From positions 14,514 to 78,513 of the forward strand of contig CAWFKM010000021.1 of NCBI GenBank assembly GCA_963816455.1: a stretch of 64,000 bases of DNA. Direction: 5' to 3'. This document shows, piece by piece, positions 38,213 to 46,940 of this stretch. Position 1 is the first letter of the stretch. Each line of letters begins with the position of its first letter. Made by a program: the position numbers and the translations under genes. Source of the DNA: an uncultured Actinomycetes bacterium (GTDB lineage: Bacteria; Actinomycetota; Thermoleophilia; Gaiellales; Gaiellaceae). The notes under the pieces were generated by a model. It had not been told where the DNA came from and searched no databases. It saw only the letters and a program-made list of their open reading frames with translations.

Positions 38213-39142
38213 GTGGACGCGCCGCTCCTCGAGCTGCTCCGTTGCCCGTTCTGCCGCACCTCGCTCGACGAGGCCGGCGGTTCGCTGGCGTGCCCGCGGC
38301 TGTGGGCGCTCGTTCGCCGTCGAGAACGGGATCCCGCTCATGCTCCACGAGGATCTGCCGGGCGCCCGGGAGAAGCTCGGCGAGACCGCCGGCTGGGTCG
38401 AGAAGGCCCGCGCCGAGGGCTGGTACGAGCCCGACGACCAGGTCGACGCCGTCCTGCCGTTCGTGAACCGGGAGCTCGGCTGGGACAACCAGACCTGGCT
38501 CGCGAACGGCCACTCGTTCCAGGTGCTGCTCGACCGCTACATCGGCGACCTGCGCGGCCTGCGCGTGCTCGAGGTCGGCGCGGCGAAGGCCTGGGGCTCG
38601 CGGTTCTGGCTCGAGCGCGACTGCCAGTACGTCGCGACCGACATCCTCGTCGACGAGAAGATCGGTCTCGGCCGCGGCGCGTTCTACGGCGACTTCGGGC
38701 CGCGTGCAGGCCGACGGCGAGCACCTGCCGTTCCCGGACGGCGTCTTCGACGTCGTCTACTGCGTGGCGACGCTCCACCACGCGCTCGACCTGACGCTGA
38801 TGGTGAAGGAGATGGCGCGCGTCGCCCGGCGCGGCGGCGTCGTCGCCGGGCTGAACGAGGGGACGAAGGGCGTGCGGCAGAGCTCCGAGAACCCGGACCA
38901 GGAGGCGGAGAAGGCGCTCGGGATCAACGAGCACGTCCACACGATCTGGGCCTACGTCTATTCGTTCTCGCGCGCCGGTCTCGTCGTGCGGCGGCTCGAG
39001 CGCGCCGACGGCTGGCCGCCGGTGCCGTACGGGCGCGCGCTGTCGACAGATTCCGAAGGTCGGCCCGTCGCTCGGCGCGCTGGCGCACCTCACCGCCGCG
39101 CAGTACTCCGGCGTCTCGATCTACGCGCGGAAGCGCGCGTGA
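38213..39142 (+). CDS. Trm112-like zinc-ribbon + class I SAM methyltransferase; frame breaks near 38295, 38700 and 39045
   Basis: GTG at 38213. VDAPLLELLRCPFCRTSLDEAGGSLACP (ORF 38063). CGRSFAVENGIPLMLHEDLPGAREKLGET..LRVLEVGAAKAWGSRFWLERDCQYVATDI (ORF 38340). VQADGEHLPFPDGVFDVVYCVATLHHALDLTLMVKEMARVARRGGVVAGLNE (ORF 38704). IPKVGPSLGALAHLTAAQYSGVSIYARKRA to TGA 39140-39142. Confidence 0.65.
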
Positions 39143-40189
39143 GGGCGACGTTCGTCTATCCGAACTCGCGCGCGAGGTGATCGCCGAGGTCTCGCGCGAG
39201 GCGTCGAGCCCGACTCGACGCTGCTCGGCGCGAACCATCTCGCCGGAGCACGGAATCGAGGTCGACCGTACCACGACCCACTGCTGACGCGGCGGCCGCT
39301 GCCGGCGGCCACTCGACGGTCGCGTGGAATCTTCGCGAGCTGACGATGCCGTTCGAGCTGGGCGGGATCGACGTCGTGTTCACGCCGCTCGCGGACGTCG
39401 CTGCCGCTCGCGGCGCGGCTGCGTCGACTGCCGGTCGTCGTGATGAACTTCGGGCTGAACCTCATCTCGGCGTGCGTCGCCGGCGACGGCGCCGACTGCT
39501 CGCGCGTCGCTCGGCGCGCGGCGCGGTCGTGTGCTTCGGCGAGTCGCAGACGACGGAGCTCGTGTAGCTCGTCGGGCTTCCGGCGTCGCACGCTGACGCT
39601 GCCTGCTGCCGATCGACGACCGCTTCTTCACGCGCGCCGGCGCCGCCGGTCCGAGCGGCCGCCGTCGTCTCGGTTGGCAAGGATCTCGCGCGCGACTACG
39701 GAACGCTCACGCGGCGGTCGACGGGCTCGATGCTCGACGTCGAGGTGGCGGCCGATGCCGCGGAACCTCGGCGGTATGCGAATTCCCGCGAACGTTCAAC
39801 GGCTCCGGCACATCCGGTCGAGGTCCGGGATCTTTACGCGACCGCGGACTCGTCGTTCTGCCGCAGCGTCCCGACGAGCTATCGCGTACGGCTCCGAGGG
39901 AGGCGGTCTCACGACGCTGCTCGAGGCAATGTCGATGGGGAAACCGGTCGTCGCGACGCGCCGGGCGATCCTCCGGACTACGTCGACGACGGCGTCGACG
40001 GGATTCTCGTTCCGCCGTCGGATCCGCAGGCGATGCGAGCCGCGATCGAGCGCGTGCTCGGCGACCACGGCTGCCGCCCGGCTCGGCGAGGCGGGCCGCG
40101 CGCGCGTGGAGCGGGCCCACACGACGCGCGGCTTCGCGGCGCAGCTCGCGCCGGTCCTCCGCGACGTCGTCTACCCTCGGTCATCGTGA
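39139..40189 (+). pseudogene. GT4-like glycosyltransferase; at least 5 frame breaks as sequenced
   Basis: The GTG at 39139 overlaps the upstream stop (GTGA). Collinear fragments lie in all three frames: VRATFVYPNSRA / EVIAEVSR / MPFELGGIDVVFTPLAD / VVMNFGLNLIS / AVVCFGESQTTEL / YGSEGGGLTTLLEAMSMGKPVVAT / DYVDDGVDGILVPPSDPQAMRAAIERVLGD / ARLGEAGRARVERAHTTRGFAAQLAPVL. Stop at 40187-40189. Confidence 0.55.
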
Positions 40190-40978
40190 ACACGTACGTC
40201 GACGTCTACCGGTACCGCGAGCTCTTCTCGAACCTCTTCCGCCGCGACCTGCAGGCGAAGTACCGCGGCTCGGCGCTCGGCGTCGTCTGGACGGTGGCGA
40301 ACCCGCTGCTGCTGATGGGCGTGTACCTGCTCGTGTTCGGCGTCGTTTGGAAGACGCGCTTCTCGAGCGGAGGTCATTACGCGCTGTTCCTGCTTTCCGG
40401 TCTCGCCGTCTGGACGTTCGTCGCCTCCGCGCTCCAATCGGCGACACGCTCGATGCTCGACAACGCGAACCTGATTCGCAAGACCCGCTTCCCACGCCAG
40501 CTCGTGCCGCTGTCGGTTGTCGGCGCACACGTCGTCGCCTTCGGCGCGATGGTCGTGCTGCTGCTGATCGTGAATTTCATCGCCCTGCCGCGCGTACGCG
40601 CGACCGAGTGGCTCGCGATTCCGCTCGCCGTGCTGCCGATCGCATTCGTTGCCGGCATCTCGCTCGTGGCCGCGTCGCTCAACGCGATCTTCCGCGACGT
40701 CGAGTTCATCGTCGCGGCGATCATGGTGCCGTGGTTCTTCTTGACGCCGGTGATCTACCCGCTGTCGCAGCTCGCCGCGCACCAGCACGTCGTCTGGGTG
40801 ATCCACTGGCTGAACCCGCTGTCGCCGATCATCCAGATCGATCCGCGCGCCGCTCTTCCTCGGCACGCTGCCGCCGCTCGCGGACTTACTCTACGCGGTG
40901 CTCGTCTCGCTGCTGTCGCTCGCCGTCGGCGCGTGGGTGTTCAGTCGCGTGGACGATCAGATCGCGATCGAAGTCTGA
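40186..40978 (+). CDS. wzm: ABC-2 type polysaccharide/O-antigen export permease; one frame break near 40845
   Basis: GTGA overlap at 40186-40189. VNTYVDVYRYRELFSNLFRRDLQAKYRGSALGVVWTVANPLLLMGVYLLVFGVVW..YALFLLSGLAVWTFVASAL..MLDNANLIRKTRFPRQLVPLS..IFRDVEFIVAAIMVPWFFLTPVIYP (ORF 39730 frame). Then IRAPLFLGTLPPLADLLYAVLVSLLSLAVGAWVFSRVDDQIAIEV to TGA 40976-40978. Confidence 0.8.
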
Positions 40979-41651
40979 GCACGAGCCTGCCGTCGAACAT
41001 CGACGGCTCGTCCCGCTCGGGCACGAACGCCGGGAGTCCGGCGACCTCCGTGTTCGGCTCGAGCGGCGGCAGCAGCGACGGGCAGACGAGCGGGTGCGGG
41101 AACCGCGGATGGCGGCCGCCGCCGGGCGTGTACGGCGCGAGCTCCGCGTTCTTCCGCCGCAGCAGGCCGCGCTCCGGCTCGACGGCGCCGCCGACCGCGG
41201 AGTAGCCCTCTGCGTGCAGCGCGCGCGCGAGCTCGAGCCAGTCGTCCGCCGGCTCGGCACCGTCCGGGAAGAAGGTGCGCGCGGCCGATGCGTCGCGCGG
41301 CACGACGTCCACAACCTCCTCGAGCGGCGCGTTGCCGAGCTCGGCGAGCCAGAAGCGGAGCTCCTCGACGATGTCGACGGCGAGCCGGTAGCGGCCCGGC
41401 GGGATCGGCGCGCGCAACACGAACCGCTGCCGCAGCCTCTCACCCGGCGCGACGGAACGGTCGAACGCGGTGCGGCGACCGTCCCAGACGATCGGGTTGC
41501 CGCGCTCGTCGAGCCAGTGGTACGCGACGAAGAGCCCGTCCTGCGGACCGCGCGTCCGCCACGTCGCCGAGCCCGCGTTCTCGAGCTCGACCGTCGCCTC
41601 CTGGATCGCGCCGGCCTCGACGGGTGCGTGCTCGAGTGCGTGCCAGCGCAC
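40941..41651 (-). CDS. Hypothetical protein
   Basis: 236-aa ORF. MRWHALEHAPVEAGAIQEATVELENAGSATWRTRGPQDGLFVAYHWLDERGNPIVWDGRRTAFDRSVAPGERLRQRFVLRAPIPPGRYRLAVDIVEELRFWLAELG. The composition is protein-like with a beta-sandwich-like feel. I recognised no family. Confidence 0.5.
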   Translation of the reverse strand: MRWHALEHAPVEAGAIQEATVELENAGSATWRTRGPQDGLFVAYHWLDERGNPIVWDGRRTAFDRSVAPGERLRQRFVLRAPIPPGRYRLAVDIVEELRFWLAELGNAPLEEVVDVVPRDASAARTFFPDGAEPADDWLELARALHAEGYSAVGGAVEPERGLLRRKNAELAPYTPGGGRHPRFPHPLVCPSLLPPLEPNTEVAGLPAFVPERDEPSMFDGRLVLRLRSRSDRPRD

Positions 41652-41697
41652 GACGAGGGGGGCCGGGGGAGTTCACGCCGGGGCTAGTCTAGGCCGC

Positions 41698-42725
41698 GTG
41701 ACGGAGCCTCTTCTCGTCCGGGCGGCGCGGCGCGAGCCGGTCGAGCACACGCCGGTCTGGTTCATGCGCCAGGCCGGTCGCTCGCTGCCGGAGTACCGCG
41801 CGCTCCGCGAGAAGTACAGCTTCTTCGAGCTCGCAGGGACGCCGGAGCTCTGCGCCCAGGTGACGTTGGAGCCGGTACGCCGCCACGGCGTCGACGCGGC
41901 CGTGATGTTCGCCGACATCATGTCGCCCGTCCCGCCGATGGGGATCGACGTCGAGCTCGTCGAGGGCGTCGGTCCGGTCGTCGACCGGCCGCTCGCGACC
42001 GCGGCGGACGTCGAGGCGCTGCGCGTGACCGACGCCGGCCGAGTGGGGCGCGCCGATTCTCGAAGCGGTGCGCATCGTGCGCGCGCGAGCTCGAGCCGGA
42101 GCGCGCAGTCGTCGGCTTCTGCGGCGGCCCGTTCACCGTCGCCGGGTATCTCATCGAAGGGAAGCCGAGCCGCGACTTCATGCGGACGAAATCGCTGATG
42201 TTCAACGAGCCCGATGTCTGGCACGCGCTGATGGAGAAGCTCACCGAGCAGTTCTCGCGCTACGTCGTCGCGAAGGTCGCCGCAGGCGCCGACGTGATCC
42301 AGCTCTTCGACTCGTGGATCGGCGCGCTCTCGCCTGCGGACTACGTCGAGTTCGTCGCGCCGTACTCCGCACGCATCCTCGCGTCGGTCGACGTGCCGAC
42401 GATCCAATTCGGCACCGGAGCGTCGACGCCGCTGCTCGCCGCGATGGCGGCCGCCGGCGGCGACGTGCTCGGGCTCGACTGGCGCGTGCCGCTCGACACC
42501 GGCTGGGAGATCGCGGGCGAGGATCGCGGCGTCCAGGGCAACCTCGACCCGGCGCTGCTGCTCGGCCCGTGGGAGCGCGTCGAGGCGGGCGCGCTCGACG
42601 TGCTCGCCCGAGCCGGCGGCCGGCCCGGGCACATCTTCAACCTCGGCCACGGCGTGCTCCCGCCGACCGACCCCGACGTGCTCGGCCGGCTCGTCGAGCT
42701 GGTGCACGCGCGCGCGCTGGTTTAG
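41698..42725 (+). CDS. hemE: Uroporphyrinogen decarboxylase; frame breaks near 42040 and 42085
   Basis: GTG at 41698 (ORF 41470 frame). VTEPLLVRAARREPVEHTPVWFMRQAGRSLPEYRALREKYSFFELAGTPELCAQVTLEPVRRHGVDAAVMFADIMSP. Then ..VVGFCGGPFTVAGYLIEGKPSRDFMRTKSLMF..VIQLFDSWIGALSPADY..VQGNLDPALLLGP..HIFNLGHGVLPPTDP (ORF 42180..42725). Confidence 0.9.
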
Positions 42726-43906
42726 CTCTTCGTCCGCGCAAGCTCCTTCGCCGCGGCACCGTCGGTCGCGGGCATGTCGTCGAACTTGCGGCCGTACGTG
42801 TTCTCGTACTCCTCGAGCGTGAAGTCCGAGAGGAACGCTGCCGTCGCCGTCTTGCCGTTGTTGATCAGCATGTTCTGGTCGGCCTGCGTGAGGTTGAACT
42901 GCGTCGTGCCGACGTTGCCGGCGTCGACCGCGATCGTGCGCACGCGCGTCGAGTGCGACACGAACCGCTTGTCCCACGCCTCCTGCGACGTGTGGAAGAT
43001 GTCGAAGCCGAAGCGGACCGCCCACGGCATGCGCGCGACCGCGTTGTTCAGCCCGGCGCCGACGCCCTTGCCGCCGGTGAGCGTGAAGCCGAACGTCGGC
43101 CGGCGCAGCGGCTGATTCGGCGTGTCGACGTCGAAGAGCCAGACCGGGAAGTTCGAGAGCGTGCCGCCGTCGATGATCACCGACACCTGCTGCTTCAGCT
43201 CGGCGTTGTCGAGCTCGCGGAAGCTCGCGGCCTTGCCGTTCGCGCCGAGCGCCTTGTTCGCCGCTTCGACGTCGAGCCTGTCGTTCGGCGCGCCGTTGAC
43301 GAGCCCGGCGGTGTCGCCGAGGTCCTGGACGAGCACGCGGTCGCGCACGAGCAGCACCGGCTCGAAGAAGTACGGGATCGACATGCTCATCCGCGCGGCG
43401 CTCGCGATCTCGAACTCGTCGGGCACGATCGCCTTCGGCTGGCCCGGGAGCCGGTAGCGCACCAGGTCGTCCGGGAGGACGAGCAGCGCGCGGTTCGTCG
43501 CGTCGCACGCGATCAGCTTCAGGCGGTGGTCGTCGCTGTCCGGGACCTTCGTGTCCGCGAACGTCGCCTTCTCGAGCGTGTCGTTGAACCAGGTGCGGAA
43601 CTTCTCGCCGTGCGCGAGGCCGTGCTTGCGGAACAGGTTCGGGAGGCCGCCGAAGTACTCGCCGCCCTTCGGGAAGTCCTGGAAGTCGGCGAACTTCGTC
43701 TTCTTCATCAGGTCGACCATCTCTTGCGCGTCGTGACCCGTCGCGAGATAGCACGCGATGATCGCCCCGGCGCTCGCGCCGGCGACGTTCACCCATTTCT
43801 TGACCGGCTTGTCCGTGCTCTCGGCAAATCCGAGCAGCGCGCCGGCGAGGCCGAGGCCCTTGACGCCTCCACCTCGGAAGACGCCGTCAGCTTCTTCGAT
43901 CCACAT
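42722..43906 (-). CDS. Patatin-like phospholipase; intact
   Basis: 394-aa ORF. Oxyanion motif FRGGGVKGLGLAG, serine-lipase motif AGASAGAIIACYLA, Asp motif IIDGGTLSNFP. It is unusually Lys-rich for this window (KPVKKW, MKKTKF, ...). Confidence 0.85.
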   Translation of the reverse strand: MWIEEADGVFRGGGVKGLGLAGALLGFAESTDKPVKKWVNVAGASAGAIIACYLATGHDAQEMVDLMKKTKFADFQDFPKGGEYFGGLPNLFRKHGLAHGEKFRTWFNDTLEKATFADTKVPDSDDHRLKLIACDATNRALLVLPDDLVRYRLPGQPKAIVPDEFEIASAARMSMSIPYFFEPVLLVRDRVLVQDLGDTAGLVNGAPNDRLDVEAANKALGANGKAASFRELDNAELKQQVSVIIDGGTLSNFPVWLFDVDTPNQPLRRPTFGFTLTGGKGVGAGLNNAVARMPWAVRFGFDIFHTSQEAWDKRFVSHSTRVRTIAVDAGNVGTTQFNLTQADQNMLINNGKTATAAFLSDFTLEEYENTYGRKFDDMPATDGAAAKELARTKS

Positions 43907-43997
43907 GTCGCCCAGCCCCCTAGCTCGCGGTTTGTCGGGGCCGCAGGCTTGGGACCGTAGCGCGACCGGCGCGTGCGGACAAGGCTATGGTCATCCG

Positions 43998-44710
43998 GTG
44001 GAGCCGCCGACAACTGTCGCGGAGGTCGTTGCCCGGATGGAGGCGATCGCCGCGCCGCTGCCGCGCTCCGACGGCGTCAGCTGCTTCACGCGGCTCTATC
44101 TCGCGGTCACGCAGGGCGTGAAGATCGATCTCGACGGGCCGATGTTCCACGACGCCCGGTTCGTCGAGCGGCTCGACGTCGTCTTCGCGGGGCTGTTCTT
44201 CGACGCGCTCGACGCCTTTCAGACGCGGCCCGGCTCGGAGCCGCACGCGTGGTCGCCGCTGTTCCAGGCGCGCGGCCGGCGCGGGATCGCGCCGCTCCAG
44301 TTCGCCTTCGCGGGGATGAACGCGCACATCAACCGCGACCTTCCCGTCGCGCTTGTGACGACCGCACGGGAGCTTGCCGTCGAAGTCGAGGACGGCACGC
44401 CGCAGCACGCCGACTTCGTCGCCGTCAACGCGCAGCTCGGCGCGACCGAGGCGAAGGTGAAACGGGACTACGTGACCGGCTGGCTGCGTCGCCTCGACCG
44501 GATCGTGCACCGGTTCGACCGCATCGACGACATCGTCGCGATGTGGGACGTCGCCCGCGCTCGCGACGCGGCGTGGACGAACGGTGAGGCGCTCTGGGCG
44601 ATCCGCGACAGCGCCGACCTGTCGCAGGCGTACCTCGACTCGCTCGACCGGATGGTCGGCTTCGCCGGCCGCGGCCTGCTCGTCCCGGCCGACACCTGGC
44701 TGCGCCCTGA
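43998..44710 (+). CDS. DUF5995-like protein; 3' end uncertain
   Basis: ORF 43758..46058 frame, from the GTG at 43998. VEPPTTVAEVVARMEAIAAPLPRSDGVSCFTRLYLAVTQGV..FVERLDVVFAGLFFDAL..PLQFAFAGMNAHINRDLPVAL..DIVAMWDVARARDAAW. The family name comes from my memory of that conserved block. The in-frame stop is missing as sequenced. An out-of-frame TGA lies at 44708-44710, and the structured non-coding stretch follows. Confidence 0.55.
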
Positions 44711-45000
44711 GAAGCTTCGCTTCTCGAAAGGTGACGGAACTCCGCGCGCCGGAGAGCGCGGTCTCCGGCGCGCTTCGTGCGGGAGTTGCTCTCGGCCGTC
44801 TCGTTCGCTTGCCGGACCCGGCGCGTCGGCCGTGCCCTGCGGGCATGCCCGCACGCTGGTTCGCGGTTCGGCCGCGCCGCGCCGCGCGCTTCGGGACGTA
44901 GCGCCTGTTGCCAGCGAGCAACCTTGTGTCGCTCGGCACGACCGCGTACCCTCCAATCCACCGAAAACGCAGCTGCGGCGTGATCAGGGGGAGGTCGAAC

Positions 45001-46014
45001 GTGACCGAGGTGCTCCAGCCGCTGGCCGCGGAGCCGAAGCAGCGAACCGTCCATGCCGTCTCGACGCATTCGCACGAGCCGTCCTTCGCGGAGCTCGTGT
45101 ACTCGCATTTCGAGTGGTGGCGAGACTTTCGCGACGACGCGAAGGTCGACGCGGCATCGACGTACCACCAGGTCCTGACGCATTTCGAGCGCTCGCACGG
45201 CCGGCTCGTCCATTCGTTCTGGTGCTCGCACGTCGCGAGCGCCGTCGCGCTCACGGAACGGAAGCCGCGCTATCCGTGGCAGCGGGCAACGTCGACCTTC
45301 CACCGCGAGAGCGACTGGGCGACGAAGGCGCATCCCGAGATCACGCTCCAGCTCCACCGCTGCGACGACCTCGCCGTCCGTGCGCGCACCGTCCTGACCG
45401 GCGTCCGCCAGCGGATCTGCCTCCAGCTCGTCGCGCAGTGCGCGGGTCACCTGCTCGCGCTCGTCGACGTCAGCTCGAGCCACGCCCCGACGTCGACCTC
45501 GACAAGGCGCTCGCAGACGGAGATCGCCGCGCTCGACGACGCGGAGACGTACTACCGCCAGGCCGCGAACGGCCAGGCGCAGATCGTCTACTTCTCGGGG
45601 ATGGTCTCGGTCGCGGCGCTGACGTCGCTGCTCGCGTTCCTGTTCCTCTCGGTCGAGTGGAAGAGCGGCGTCGCCGCGTTCGTCGCCGGCTCGGTCGGCG
45701 CGGTCGTCAGCGTGATCCAGCGGATCAACAACGGCTCGTTCGAGCTGAGCTACGACGTCGGCCGCCCGTACGCGTTCTTCCTCGGCGGGCTGCGGCCGCT
45801 GATCGGCGGCGCGTTCGCGCTCGCGATCACGTTCGCGTTTACGAGCGGGATCCTCCATCTGCCGATCTCGAGCAGCGACCCGGCCGCGGACGACCGTCTC
45901 GCGATCCTCGTCGTCGGCTTCCTCGCGGGCTTCAGCGAGCGCTGGGCCCAGGACACGCTGACGACGGCCCTGCCCGACCCGGGGGACGGCGGCAAGGAGA
46001 CGGCGAAAACCTGA
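45001..46014 (+). CDS. Hypothetical protein: about 200-aa His/Trp/Cys-rich soluble N-domain plus a C-terminal 4-TM domain; intact
   Basis: The GTG at 45001 is preceded by GGGGGAGG (44987-44994), in ORF 44908..46014. VTEVLQPLAAEPKQ..FAELVYSHFEWWRDFRDD..HSFWCSHVASAV... TM region: IVYFSGMVSVAALTSLLAFLFLSVEW / GVAAFVAGSVGAVVSVI / FFLGGLRPLIGGAFALAITFAF / LAILVVGFLAGF. Confidence 0.65.
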   Translation: MTEVLQPLAAEPKQRTVHAVSTHSHEPSFAELVYSHFEWWRDFRDDAKVDAASTYHQVLTHFERSHGRLVHSFWCSHVASAVALTERKPRYPWQRATSTFHRESDWATKAHPEITLQLHRCDDLAVRARTVLTGVRQRICLQLVAQCAGHLLALVDVSSSHAPTSTSTRRSQTEIAALDDAETYYRQAANGQAQIVYFSGMVSVAALTSLLAFLFLSVEWKSGVAAFVAGSVGAVVSVIQRINNGSFELSYDVGRPYAFFLGGLRPLIGGAFALAITFAFTSGILHLPISSSDPAADDRLAILVVGFLAGFSERWAQDTLTTALPDPGDGGKETAKT

Positions 46015-46045
46015 GTCACCGGCGCTCGGGGGCGCGTGAGCTACC

Positions 46046-46940
46046 GTGCGCGCCGTGAAGGCTGCGGTCGTCCTGATGGCCTACGGCTCCCCGGAGCGGC
46101 TCACCGACGTGCCCGCGTACTACGCGGACATCCGCGGCGGGCGGCCGGTCGCGCCGGAGAACCTCGCCGACCTCGTCGAGCGCTACCGCCGGCTCGGGAT
46201 CGAGGACTCGTCGCCGCTGAACGCGATCACCGAGGAGACGCGCGCCGCGCTCGAGGCGGAGCTCGGCGTGCCGGTCTTCACCGGGATGAAGCACTGGACG
46301 CCGCGGATCGCGGATGCCGCGGAAGCGGCGCTCGCGGCGGACGCGGGAGTGGTCGTCGGCCTCGTCCTCGCGCCGCACTATTCCGCCCTGTCGATCAAGG
46401 GCTACCGCGAGCAGCTCGAGGCGGCGCTCGGCGGCCGCGCCGAGCTGGCGTTCGTCGAGAGCTGGCACGACGAGCCGGGCTTCGTCGACCTGCTCGCCGA
46501 CCGCGTGCGCGGAACCGACGCACACGTCGTCTTCACCGCGCACTCGCTTCCGGCGCGGATCCTCGAGCATGGGCGACCCGTACAAGGAGCAGCTGCTCGA
46601 GACCTCCGCGCTCGTCGCGGAGCGCGCGGGGCTCGGCGACAACTGGAGCTTCTCGTTCCAGAGCGAGTCGCCGACCGGCGAGCCGTGGCTCGGGCCGGAC
46701 ATCCTCGACCACCTCACGGCGCTCCACGAGGCCGGCGTCGCCCACGTGCTCGTCTGCCCCGTCGGCTTCGTCTCGGACCACCTCGAGATCCGCTGGGACC
46801 TCGACGTCGAGGCGCAGGAGAAAGCCGCCGAGCTCGGGCTGCAGCTCGAGCGGATCGAGATGCCGAACGCCGATCCGGCCTTCATCCGGACGCTGGCGGG
46901 GATCGTCCGGCGAGCGCTCCCGGTAGCGTCACGGGCGTGA
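46046..46940 (+). CDS. hemH: Ferrochelatase (probably coproporphyrin ferrochelatase type); one frame break near 46565
   Basis: VRAVKAAVVLMAYGSPERLTDVPAYYADIRGGRPV..RYRRLGIEDSSPLNAIT..GMKHWTPRI..VLAPHYSALSIKGY..VVFTAHSLPARILE (ORF 46046 frame). Then GDPYKEQLLETSALVAE..SFQSESPTGEPWLGPDI..VLVCPVGFVSDHLEIRWDLD (ORF 46314..46940). Confidence 0.9.

Noticed and set aside
44908-45000. Upstream extension of ORF 44908..46014 (MPASNLVSLGTTAYPPIHRKRSCG..)
   Set aside because: The extension runs through the hairpin-rich non-coding region. The GTG at 45001 has a near-perfect RBS at the ideal distance.
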